Counted from the first letter of the stretch, positions 1-8,199 are shown. The stretch: 12,483 nucleotides of DNA from Bdellovibrionales bacterium (GCA_043739185.1 JAYUEN010000351.1:1-12483); one strand, 5' to 3'. Made by a program: numbers and translations. The notes: generated by a model from the letters alone, not told the origin.

Positions 1-2917
1 CTTTTATAATTCCAGCATAGAAAAAACTAAGAAGGCGACGGAATTCGCAAATTGCTGTTACGGTCGGATCATTAACTTTTTCACGGCATATTCTTGCCCT
101 GTCAGCGTAAAATCGGGTCATAGATTTGAGCCCCACATTGCCATAGGCGGCACCGACTGCGGCGTAGCCAATCGCTCTTTCTCGATCTGTGCCGATAAGC
201 TGACCCATCACCAACATTCGTAAAGCGACTAAGATGAATTCAATTCTATTTCCTCTGACTTCAGCGCAGAAAAGTATGTCACGATACAAATTGATCACTT
301 TTTGAGTATTCGGATTATGAAACCTGAAATAAATTTGTTTCGAGATTCTTAATGGAAAAAATTCGAGGAAGAGCGACGCTCCCCATAGTACCGTTGCAGA
401 AATAATTCGTCCAACTACATAATTAGGAAAGTCATGACCGATCGAGGCTACAGCCTTTCGAAAATATTCCCAGGCCTCAACAAATCGCGACTGGTTGATC
501 AAAAGCCAAACTTTAAGCGACAAAGCATTCGTATATTCAGCTTTTGAGTTGCTTTTTTTGATACATAAATCGGCGCTTCGATGAGCAAGGTCCTCTTCAT
601 TATTCAAAAATGCGCAGACAGCTAGTTGGGGTGAAATTTTGTTTAATTCTTCTTCATATTTGTCGTCTAAAGTGAAGTAATCATAGCAGAATTTTAAATA
701 GCGGTAAGCTTCTTTATAAGAAAAAACTGCGATAGCAGCTTCGCCGGCCATTTTATTGGCTATAATGGCCTCGTCTTTATATTTAATGTTTTTTATTTCC
801 GAAAATAAAATCGCGGCATTATAAATTTTTCCGTCATTTTGTTTTTGGTTTCGGATTAAAAAATTCGCTACTCGATAGGCCAATTTTTCGAAATTTTCGG
901 GATTCAGTCGCGACAATAAGCTTTCAAGAATTTTATCGTGAATGAACTCCCAAAAATGAGATCCAGATTGTTGAATAAGCTCTAGACCGCTGACCTCGCT
1001 CAAAAATTTCCAAACGTCTTTTTTTGAGATAGCCCCTAATTCGGCAAGTTCATCTGCCGTAAACTTGCCGCCTAGGAGTGCTGCGATTTGAAGTAACTCT
1101 AATTTTTCCGCAGAAATATTGTTTAGTCTGTTCTGGATAAGTGTGATGACGTCGTCGGTAAAGTTGGTTTTTCTTAAGAATTCTTGATCGAGCACCCAGG
1201 TTCGGTCTTTATATCTCAAGAAGCCCTGCATGATTCCGGATCTTAGAATTTCTAAAGCAATTAAGGGATTTCCTGAAGATAACTTTTCAAATTGGAACAC
1301 GATTTCTGGATTTAAATCACTTGCTCCCAAAAACTGCTGCAGCATCGAATTGAATTGCGAAGTGTTCATTCTCGACATTTCAATCTCGACAACCAAGTAA
1401 TTGGACATCGCTTCTACAATACGGGCAACATTTGCAGAGTACTCCGATTCAGTTCGTGCCGTGCTTATGATTAATAGGGACTTTTTAGTTTCACTAAAAG
1501 CTAGTTTTTGGAGAATCTCAAGAGATGCAGAATCTATAGACTGAATATCATCGAGAAAAAAGATCAGCGATTTCCATTCGTCAGCCATGCGCTCGAAAAA
1601 AATGATAATTTGGCTAATGCATTTTTCTCGCTCCCCTCCTAGTTCGTCTTGAAACGACTGAATGGGCAAATCAATATTTAAGAAATCGGTCAAATTCTTC
1701 GAAACCAGCCCAACGCTTACTTCGAGTCCTGCAATACACTTTTTTAATTTTTCCGTCTCTTTAGCAATTTCTTCCGGAGAATTTAATTTAATCTTTTCTA
1801 AAAAAAAATCTATTCCATTTCGCAAAACTGAATACGGTAGTATTTGATCAGATGCACTACATTTTATTTCAAATTTTACTGTGTTGGTAAGATCCACTTT
1901 CGAAAGGAACTCAGAAACAAATCTCGTTTTTCCAGAGCCAGTTGGTCCTTTGATAATTGCGTGACAGCGTATTTTGGAGTATAAATTTCGAATGGCCACG
2001 TTAAGTTTGTCGGTCTCGTTCGGTCTTTCGATATAAGGAACGTTACCAGAAAGGGATCGAGTATCACTTGCGCCAAGTGTGACTCCTTCACCTCTGGAGT
2101 AGTTAAGATTGATTGACTCCAAATTAATGAGATCGTTTTGAAGTCCTACTGTTGACTGATATCGATCATCTGGGTCCTTCAACAAAAGCTTAGTTATAAT
2201 TTTTGAAAGACCAACTGATATTTTTGGATTTAAATCTCTTACATCAGGCGCACGCTTAGAGGCGTGTTGCTGGATAAGCTCAGAAAATGTACCTTTGAAT
2301 GGGGTCTGGGCGGTTAACAAATTAAATAAAACAACGCCGATTGAATAAAGATCTGACCGAGTGTCAACTGGGGTCTTTAGAATTTTACACTGCTCGGGCG
2401 AACAAAAAAGCATTGTTCCGACTATGGCAGTTTCGTTCTTTATTTTATCAATTGTGTTGGCGAGACCAAGGTCGATTAATTTTATGTCTCCAGCTTCAGT
2501 CATAACGATATTTGCTGGCTTTAAGTCGCGATGGAGTAGATTGTTTTTGTGCATGCTAGCCAACGCGCTATTTACTGATAAAAGAATATCAATGGCGCGA
2601 CGTTCTTCAAATGGGCCACTTTTTTCAAGTACGACATCTAGACTCGTACCTGAAAGATATTCCATCAAAATATAGGGATGCGTCTCCCATTCTCCAAAAT
2701 CATATATTTTAAGTAAATGCTCATTACTGAGTCTAGCTAGGTTTGACGCCTCTAGGTTGAATCTCTCTCTGGCGGCCGCCGAGTTATCTTTGAGGAGCTT
2801 GAGTGCAAATTTTTTTTCGTTATCTTCAACTAAGAAAACTTTACCGGAGGATCCGACGGCGATCGTACGAATTACCTTGTATTTACCTATTTGCTTCGGT
2901 GATTCTATATTTGCCAT
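1..2917 (-). CDS. Ser/Thr protein kinase - STAND/AAA_16 ATPase - TPR-like multidomain signalling protein (3' end truncated by the window edge)
   Basis: Manual translation of the minus strand from ATG 2917 gives an open frame to base 2 with no stop (972 codons): MANIESPKQIGKYKVIRTIAVGSSGKVFLV...FALK...ERFNLEA...HRDLKPAN (His codon 2533-2531)...DLG...SPEQ...DLYSIG...DPDDRY. Then Walker A GPTGSGKT (1925-1948), Walker B LIFFLDD (1547-1567), sensor-1-like IISTAR, GNP (1265-1273) and FIHD (935-946), followed by helical repeat-like sequence. Absent from the ORF track because there is no stop codon in the window. Confidence 0.95.
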   Translation of the reverse strand, partial: MANIESPKQIGKYKVIRTIAVGSSGKVFLVEDNEKKFALKLLKDNSAAARERFNLEASNLARLSNEHLLKIYDFGEWETHPYILMEYLSGTSLDVVLEKSGPFEERRAIDILLSVNSALASMHKNNLLHRDLKPANIVMTEAGDIKLIDLGLANTIDKIKNETAIVGTMLFCSPEQCKILKTPVDTRSDLYSIGVVLFNLLTAQTPFKGTFSELIQQHASKRAPDVRDLNPKISVGLSKIITKLLLKDPDDRYQSTVGLQNDLINLESINLNYSRGEGVTLGASDTRSLSGNVPYIERPNETDKLNVAIRNLYSKIRCHAIIKGPTGSGKTRFVSEFLSKVDLTNTVKFEIKCSASDQILPYSVLRNGIDFFLEKIKLNSPEEIAKETEKLKKCIAGLEVSVGLVSKNLTDFLNIDLPIQSFQDELGGEREKCISQIIIFFERMADEWKSLIFFLDDIQSIDSASLEILQKLAFSETKKSLLIISTARTESEYSANVARIVEAMSNYLVVEIEMSRMNTSQFNSMLQQFLGASDLNPEIVFQFEKLSSGNPLIALEILRSGIMQGFLRYKDRTWVLDQEFLRKTNFTDDVITLIQNRLNNISAEKLELLQIAALLGGKFTADELAELGAISKKDVWKFLSEVSGLELIQQSGSHFWEFIHDKILESLLSRLNPENFEKLAYRVANFLIRNQKQNDGKIYNAAILFSEIKNIKYKDEAIIANKMAGEAAIAVFSYKEAYRYLKFCYDYFTLDDKYEEELNKISPQLAVCAFLNNEEDLAHRSADLCIKKSNSKAEYTNALSLKVWLLINQSRFVEAWEYFRKAVASIGHDFPNYVVGRIISATVLWGASLFLEFFPLRISKQIYFRFHNPNTQKVINLYRDILFCAEVRGNRIEFILVALRMLVMGQLIGTDRERAIGYAAVGAAYGNVGLKSMTRFYADRARICREKVNDPTVTAICEFRRLLSFFYAGIIK

Positions 2918-2940
2918 TTGCGTGGTCGCCTTCGCAAATG
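2915..2940. repeat. Perfect 8-bp inverted repeat (CATTTGCG / CGCAAATG, 10-nt spacer) overlapping the kinase start codon
   Basis: Arms at 2915-2922 and 2933-2940 are exact reverse complements. On the minus-strand transcript this reads CAUUUGCG-AAGGCGACCA-CGCAAAUG, with the AUG in the 3' arm. Confidence 0.75.
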
Positions 2941-2968
2941 TTGTCGGAAATTCGACCTTAAACCTTTA
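2941..2968 (-). promoter_or_regulatory. Putative sigma28 (FliA/SigD-type) promoter for the kinase-ATPase gene
   Basis: Minus strand reads (C)TAAA(G) at 2968-2965, a 16-nt spacer, then TCCGACAA at 2948-2941. Consensus is TAAA-N15/16-GCCGATAA: -35 exact, -10 6/8 with the CCGA core intact. It ends 23 nt upstream of the ATG. Confidence 0.55.
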
Positions 2969-3008
2969 GCTAATACTGTATGTGACCCAGTAAAATTGGA
3001 CGGCAATT

Positions 3009-4403
3009 ATGGCTCAGAAAAAAGTTGATTTTTACTATCGGCTCTCCATAATTTGGCAAAATGCACTGAATTTTATCGTCCAGCTCTTTGATGAGCTGGC
3101 CCTTTCGGGAACTAAATACCTTGGCAATTTAATTGCGGCTTTTGCACAGCTTCTTTCAAATGTGGGTGCTTGGGCATTGAACGTTAATCGCTCAAATCTT
3201 AAAGGCATATTGGTATTTATTCTTAAGCTTATAGTTGCACTGCCCTTAGCTTTCGGAATTGCTGGGGTTATTTTGATTTGCACAATGATCTTAGGATCTC
3301 TTTTTGCCATACTTGGCCTGCGAAAAAATGGGGAATATTCGTTTAAAGAGAGGGTGATTGTTTGGTTAATTCCCAGTATTCTTATTATTGTGTTGCCTCA
3401 ATTCATTCCGAATTACTATTTATTCAAAATTGCCACCATATTTGTTTTTTCACTTGGCGTCATCGGATTAGAAATTCTTTTTGGTCAATGCGGAATAATT
3501 TCGTTAGGCCATTCTGGCTTCCTAATGCTTGGTGGATATCTAACCGTTTGGATAGCAAACGGATTTCTAGGTTTTGTGGTTCCGATCTGGCCGGCTATAT
3601 TGTTCAGCGGATTAATTACGGCAGGCGTAGGCTTCATACTCGGACTCCCCTCATTAAGAGTTAAGGATTTTTATCTTTTTGTAATTACTTATGTATTTTC
3701 ACTCGCGATTCCAAAAGTATTGAAATCTAAATATTTAGTCGGATTATCTGGCATGCGCGAGGGCGGGCTATATTTGCGTGAACTTACAGTTCCGTTTGGT
3801 TTAAAATTATCAGCAGATTCTTTCAAGTATTACGTTGTTATGCTGCCAGTAATTATTTTGATGTTTCTGGTCTTTAATCTTTTAAGATACAGTCAGATAG
3901 GTAGATCTTTTCGTGCTATTCGTTGCGATAATGAAATTTCATTGATCTTTGGCGTTCCGGTATTTTTTTATAAGCTGTTAGCGTTTGCACTGAGTGCCTT
4001 TCTTGCTGGTATCACTGGAGGATTGCTTCTCATTTTAATTCAATTTATTTCCCCCGATTCTTACACACCGAGTACCTCAATTGATTTTGTGGTAGCACAT
4101 ATGATTGGCGGTGTGGGCGGTATCTTTGGTTCTATGGTTGGAGGCTGCTTTTTAACTTACGAACCTGATATTACAGCTTTTGCAGCTGAACATATCAATG
4201 GGGGGAAAAATCTCGCTCATGCATTTTATGGCCTTTCTGTGATCCTGGTCATTTTGTTTGTCCCAAAAGGTTTAGGTGGAGGAATATCAAGCTTAGCAAA
4301 GAAAATATTTCAACCGAGGATTCGTAGAGGAAGCGTCCAGTACAATCCGCCTCCTGACTACGACTTTCTTGAAGAGAGAAAGAAATTTTTTAACTCAAAG
4401 TGA
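3009..4403 (+). CDS. livM: Branched-chain amino acid (LIV/HAAT family) ABC transporter permease, LivM-like
   Basis: 464-aa hydrophobic ORF with BPD_transp_2/LivM motifs: GQCGIISLGHSGFLMLGGY, GLPSLRVKDFYL, SQIGRSFRAIRCDNEISLIFGVPV, YKLLAFALSAFLAGITGGL, IGGVGGIFGSMVG, PKGLGG. Start is uncertain (about 110-aa N-terminal extension, weak GGA RBS). Symbol is family-level only. Confidence 0.9.
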   Translation: MAQKKVDFYYRLSIIWQNALNFIVQLFDELALSGTKYLGNLIAAFAQLLSNVGAWALNVNRSNLKGILVFILKLIVALPLAFGIAGVILICTMILGSLFAILGLRKNGEYSFKERVIVWLIPSILIIVLPQFIPNYYLFKIATIFVFSLGVIGLEILFGQCGIISLGHSGFLMLGGYLTVWIANGFLGFVVPIWPAILFSGLITAGVGFILGLPSLRVKDFYLFVITYVFSLAIPKVLKSKYLVGLSGMREGGLYLRELTVPFGLKLSADSFKYYVVMLPVIILMFLVFNLLRYSQIGRSFRAIRCDNEISLIFGVPVFFYKLLAFALSAFLAGITGGLLLILIQFISPDSYTPSTSIDFVVAHMIGGVGGIFGSMVGGCFLTYEPDITAFAAEHINGGKNLAHAFYGLSVILVILFVPKGLGGGISSLAKKIFQPRIRRGSVQYNPPPDYDFLEERKKFFNSK

Positions 4404-4410
4404 GGTTCTT

Positions 4411-5301
4411 TTGGACTTACAAATTTTTTTATCTCAGCTTGTTGATGGAATTGGTTATGGATGTATTTATGGTCTGTTTGGACTTTCTATTGTTATTCTT
4501 TATCGAGCGAACAAGCTCTTTAACTTTGGCTTAACTGAGATCTGCACAATTTGTTTGATTTTCCTAATGTACTTTACTCAGAAGTTCGGAGTACTCATCG
4601 GTTACCTCCTAGCAGTCGTAGTTAGTTTTTTTATTGGTTATCTCATTCACGTTTTATTCATACGGATTGTGACTGAACGCAAAGCGGTCTTGCGCTCAAG
4701 CGAATCGATATTAACGGTTGGAATATATATTATATTCAATAGTCTGTCATCTTACGTAATTGGTGACGAGCCCCGACCATTCCCTTCGCCATTTGGCGAA
4801 GGAAGCTTTACCTTTCACGAAGCCAGCATTCCTCGTCACACTCTAGGCATATGCTTTGTTGCTTCGATTCTAGTACTTTGCATTTTTATTTTTTTTAAGT
4901 TTTCTGATCTTGGTAAAAAATTTGAAGCGGTAGCAGAAAATAGTATGTTGGCTCGATTACGTGGCATTCGATCCTCTAACATTTTAGCTTCCGCTTGGGG
5001 TATATCAATCAGTCTTGGATTGGTTGCTACTATTTTTATCGCTCCATTACTTTACGTTACGCCATCGATGCTCACGAGTATATATGGCTATTCACTTATG
5101 GCAGTCGCTTTGGGAGGATTAGAGAGTCCGCTCGGGGCGCTAATAGGTGGTCTATTGATCGGCCTCGTCGAAAACATTTCTTCAAATATACCTTTTATCG
5201 GCTCGGAGTTGAAGTTCTTGGCTGTGGTAGTTTTGTTGCTCGTTATTTTAGCCTTTCGACCTCGGGGCTTCTTTGGTAGACTTGAAGCAAGAAAAATTTA
5301 A
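4411..5301 (+). CDS. livH: LIV/HAAT family ABC transporter permease, LivH-like
   Basis: Motifs QLVDGIGYGCIYGLFGLSIVILY, FNFG, SDLGKKFEAVAEN...ARLRGI, VALGGLESPLGALIGGLLIGLVE, FRPRGFFG. Start revised from 4369 to the in-frame TTG at 4411, preceded by GAGGT (4402-4406) overlapping the upstream TGA, which gives a typical LivH N-terminus (MDLQIFLSQLVDG). Confidence 0.9.
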   Translation: MDLQIFLSQLVDGIGYGCIYGLFGLSIVILYRANKLFNFGLTEICTICLIFLMYFTQKFGVLIGYLLAVVVSFFIGYLIHVLFIRIVTERKAVLRSSESILTVGIYIIFNSLSSYVIGDEPRPFPSPFGEGSFTFHEASIPRHTLGICFVASILVLCIFIFFKFSDLGKKFEAVAENSMLARLRGIRSSNILASAWGISISLGLVATIFIAPLLYVTPSMLTSIYGYSLMAVALGGLESPLGALIGGLLIGLVENISSNIPFIGSELKFLAVVVLLLVILAFRPRGFFGRLEARKI

Positions 5302-5314
5302 TTTGGAGAGGCTT

Positions 5315-6901
5315 ATGGATTCTTATGATTTTATAATTGTTGGTGCAGGTTCGGCCGGTTGTGTTTTAGCTAACAGACTTTCTACTGACAAGAAACACAA
5401 AGTTCTCTTGATCGAAGCTGGTGGTAGCGAAAATCACTTAAATATAAGAATCCCCCTTAATATCCCGTTCATTCAAGGCACAGAAATGGACTGGAGATAT
5501 CAAACGGTTCCGCAGGCACACTGTAATATGAGAAGATTTCAGTGGCCGAGAGGACGGGTTTTGGGTGGCTGTAGCTCAATTAACTACATGCTTTATGTGA
5601 GGGGTCATGAGAGTGATTTTAACAGTTGGTCCGAACTAGGGAATAAAGGATGGGCATACAAAGATGTTCTTCCCTATTTCAAGAAATCTGAGAACAACAC
5701 ACAATTTCACGATAAATATCATGAACAAGGGGGAACTTATTGCGTATCAGAAATACCTTGGAAGCACCCTCTATCGCAAAATTTTATTAATGCTTGTAAA
5801 GAATCAGGTCTTGATGAAGTGAAAGATTTTAATGGTGCTAAACAAGAAGGCTGTGGATATTTTCAAGTTAATCAAAAAAACGGCGAACGAGAAAGCACTG
5901 CGACCGGGTTCTTGAACCCCGCGCGGAGTCGTGAAAATCTAAAAGTTTTGACTCACACAATTGTGACGAGACTTATAATGCAAAAAAATCGAGTGTTGGG
6001 CGTTGAGTTTATTGAGAATGGCAAATCTGGCGAAGCTAAGGCAAACAAAGAAGTCATTTTATCTGGTGGTGCAATTAATTCGCCGCAAATTCTTATGCTT
6101 TCTGGTATCGGTCCTGCCCAGGATTTAACAAAGGTCGGCGTGAATCCGGTGGTAGACCTCCCAGGTGTCGGAAAAAATCTACAAGATCATTTGCGTGGCA
6201 ATCTGGTGTTTGATATTAGGCAGCCAACATCAATGTTCGGCATAGATCCTAAATTCATGGCAAATGAAATGAAACTTTGGGAGGAAAAAAGAACGGGGAT
6301 GTTTACGGGCATTGGAGCTGAGGCTGGTGCATTTCTTTCAACTCAAAGTGGCCTCCCGGCTTCGGATCTGCAACTGATTTTCTTACCTTTTAGTCTTAAC
6401 GAATCTCTTCATGATATGTTTTTAAGTAACCGGCACGGGGTCAGTTTTATTATCTGCCCTACCCGCCCTAAAAGCCTGGGCCAAATTAAATTGGCTTCAT
6501 CAGATCCTCACGATCAACCGATAATCGATCCGAATTATTTAAGTTCAAAGGACGATATTCACACTTTAGTGAAGGGAATTAGGTTCGTGCGTGAGTTAGT
6601 TAAGAAAAAATCATTTAGTGGGCTAATAAGTGGGGAAATCGGTGCTTCAAAGAACGCTTTAACAGATATTGAGCTTGAGAATTACTGTCGGAACATCGGA
6701 ACCCAGTCCATTTATCATCCTGTTGGTACTTGTAAAATGGGTCATGATCCCTTGGCTGTCGTAAGTGATCAGCTTAAGGTCCATGATATTTTGGGATTGA
6801 GGATTGTCGATGCTTCTATTATACCAAAAATGGTAACCGGTAATATCAATGCTTCCATTGTCATGATTGCAGAAAAAGCTGCGGATATGATCCTTGAATG
6901 A
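5315..6901 (+). CDS. GMC family FAD-dependent oxidoreductase (choline dehydrogenase/AlkJ-like), substrate unknown
   Basis: YDFIIVGAGSAG Rossmann motif, GRVLGGCSSIN, GGAINSPQILMLSGIG, GKNLQDH, catalytic HPVGTCKMG and GNIN (His/Asn pair). Start revised to ATG 5315 after GGAGAGG (5305-5311). No signal peptide. Confidence 0.95.
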   Translation: MDSYDFIIVGAGSAGCVLANRLSTDKKHKVLLIEAGGSENHLNIRIPLNIPFIQGTEMDWRYQTVPQAHCNMRRFQWPRGRVLGGCSSINYMLYVRGHESDFNSWSELGNKGWAYKDVLPYFKKSENNTQFHDKYHEQGGTYCVSEIPWKHPLSQNFINACKESGLDEVKDFNGAKQEGCGYFQVNQKNGERESTATGFLNPARSRENLKVLTHTIVTRLIMQKNRVLGVEFIENGKSGEAKANKEVILSGGAINSPQILMLSGIGPAQDLTKVGVNPVVDLPGVGKNLQDHLRGNLVFDIRQPTSMFGIDPKFMANEMKLWEEKRTGMFTGIGAEAGAFLSTQSGLPASDLQLIFLPFSLNESLHDMFLSNRHGVSFIICPTRPKSLGQIKLASSDPHDQPIIDPNYLSSKDDIHTLVKGIRFVRELVKKKSFSGLISGEIGASKNALTDIELENYCRNIGTQSIYHPVGTCKMGHDPLAVVSDQLKVHDILGLRIVDASIIPKMVTGNINASIVMIAEKAADMILE

Positions 6902-7023
6902 TTTTTTCTAAGGATGCAAATTAATGAAAATCATATTTTGTTTTTGCATTATATATTGTTTAATTAATTTTCAATTTATGAAACTGACTGCATAACTACA
7001 ATGACAAAAGGGGAAAATTAACT
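6902..7023 (+). promoter_or_regulatory. Very AT-rich 122-bp intergenic region with an inverted repeat; possible internal promoter/operator for the binding-protein gene
   Basis: ATGCAAA (6914-6920) and TTTGCAT (6943-6949) are inverted. RBS-like AAGGGG at 7008-7013. This is the only sizeable gap in an otherwise tightly packed operon. Confidence 0.35.
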
Positions 7024-8199
7024 ATGAAGAACATGAAGCTCGAAACATTCAAAATTATTGCGTGTTGTTTATTTACATCGGCTGCTCTAGCAGCCGATCC
7101 AGGGTTAACCGATACACAGATTTTGATCGGAGGTCATACATTGGAATCCGGTGCCTTTGCCGCTTGGTCTCCTACCCCAAGGGCAGCCACTGCTTATTTT
7201 GATAAAATAAATGCTGACGGTGGAGTAGCGGGACGAAAGATAAAATATCTTCATGTCGATACACAAGCAGACTTTACCAAATCAGCCGCTGCAACGCGCA
7301 AGTTAGTTGAGGTCGACAAAGTTTTCGCGATGTTTGAATCCATCTCAACTGCACATCAAGCAGTCTATAAATATTTAATTGCAAACAATGTCCCGGACAT
7401 GGAAGTTCTCGACGGTTCGAGTGAGTACGATCATCCGGTTCATAAAAACTTATTTGTTATGCAAAGCGGTTATCAACAACAAGGACAAGTTGATGGCGAA
7501 TTTGTGACCAAAAAGTTTAAGGGCAAAAAAGCATGTTTTTTATTGCCTGAAAACGCTTTGGGAGAAGATTTTTTAAAGGGTGTTAAAGAATCCATTGAGA
7601 CTTATAACAAAACAGCCAAAGCATCCGATAAGGTCGTGATAGGCGCGATAGAACGAGTGGCAAGAGATGCTCCTCAGGCAAACACCCAAGTTCTCTCTCT
7701 AAAAAAGGATCAGTGTGACGTCGTACTCAACGCGACCTACGGTGGACTTTGCCCAAATTCGATGACATACGCGAGTAGCCAAGGATTTAAGCCTCAGTGG
7801 ATTGTGTTTGCATTCAATACAGCCGGCAAATTTCTCGACCTTTTGCCTGAAGGCCAAAAAGATGGAATTGTATCAACTGCCAATCAAGCATTGAATGAAT
7901 CATTCGGAACTCCTGGCTGGAACGATTTCAAAGATCTTATGACAAAAAATGATATTCCGGTTTCTATGGCGTCCATCCAAGGCTACTACGGAGCCGAATT
8001 ATTTGTTGAAGCTCTGAAGAGGGCTGGTAAGAATCTTTCTCGAGAGTCGCTCATAGCTGCCTCAGAATCTATGACAGGATATAATTGCGGATTGTGTCTG
8101 ACACCAGTTTCTTACTCATCTAAAGTACATTGGGCATTTGAAAAACCGGTTCTTGTAGAGGTAAAGAATGGAAAATGGACTCGAATGAAGGATAACTAA
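7024..8199 (+). CDS. Periplasmic solute-binding protein, type I PBP fold (LivK-like/Peripla_BP_6 family)
   Basis: Sec signal peptide ending ...SAALA, followed by ADPGLTDTQILIG. Family motifs INADGGVAGRKI, ATRKLVEVDKVFA, GYYGAELFVEALKRAGKNLSRESLI. Located within a liv-type operon. Confidence 0.9.
   Translation: MKNMKLETFKIIACCLFTSAALAADPGLTDTQILIGGHTLESGAFAAWSPTPRAATAYFDKINADGGVAGRKIKYLHVDTQADFTKSAAATRKLVEVDKVFAMFESISTAHQAVYKYLIANNVPDMEVLDGSSEYDHPVHKNLFVMQSGYQQQGQVDGEFVTKKFKGKKACFLLPENALGEDFLKGVKESIETYNKTAKASDKVVIGAIERVARDAPQANTQVLSLKKDQCDVVLNATYGGLCPNSMTYASSQGFKPQWIVFAFNTAGKFLDLLPEGQKDGIVSTANQALNESFGTPGWNDFKDLMTKNDIPVSMASIQGYYGAELFVEALKRAGKNLSRESLIAASESMTGYNCGLCLTPVSYSSKVHWAFEKPVLVEVKNGKWTRMKDN

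Noticed and set aside
359..421. Hydrophobic segment VVGRIISATVLWGASLFLEFF in the kinase-STAND protein as a transmembrane helix
   Set aside because: It contains charged residues and sits within a helical-repeat region, so it is more likely a buried helix. This cannot be supported without prediction tools.
1924..1939. Near-identical 16-mer shared with 8319-8334 in inverted orientation
   Set aside because: Both encode Walker A GSGKT, so this reflects coding constraint and not a mobile-element repeat.
1662..2969. Track ORFs 1662-1847(+), 1876-2091(-), 2361-2675(+), 2757-2969(+)
   Set aside because: They are antisense or off-frame shadows of the kinase-STAND gene, with no recognisable motifs.
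2952..2979. Possible sigma70 promoter TCGACC-N16-TACTGT for the transporter operon
   Set aside because: The match is too weak to distinguish from chance in AT-rich DNA.
3035..5279. Track ORFs 3035-3310(-), 3362-3664(+), 4995-5279(+)
   Set aside because: They lie entirely within the permease genes in other frames and show no independent coding evidence.
4369..5314. Long overlaps implied by track starts at 4369 and 5273
   Set aside because: Downstream in-frame starts at 4411 and 5315 have RBSs and give family-typical N-termini, which removes the overlaps.
5315..6901. Calling the GMC enzyme betA
   Set aside because: The motifs are GMC-family-wide and there is no betB/betI/betT context, so the substrate cannot be assigned.
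6930..6950. TTGCA as a sigma54 -12 element
   Set aside because: There is no GG dinucleotide at the -24 position.
7054..7068. Lipobox-like IIAC(C) in the SBP leader
   Set aside because: The hydrophobic stretch before the Cys is too short. The later ALA site fits signal peptidase I better.
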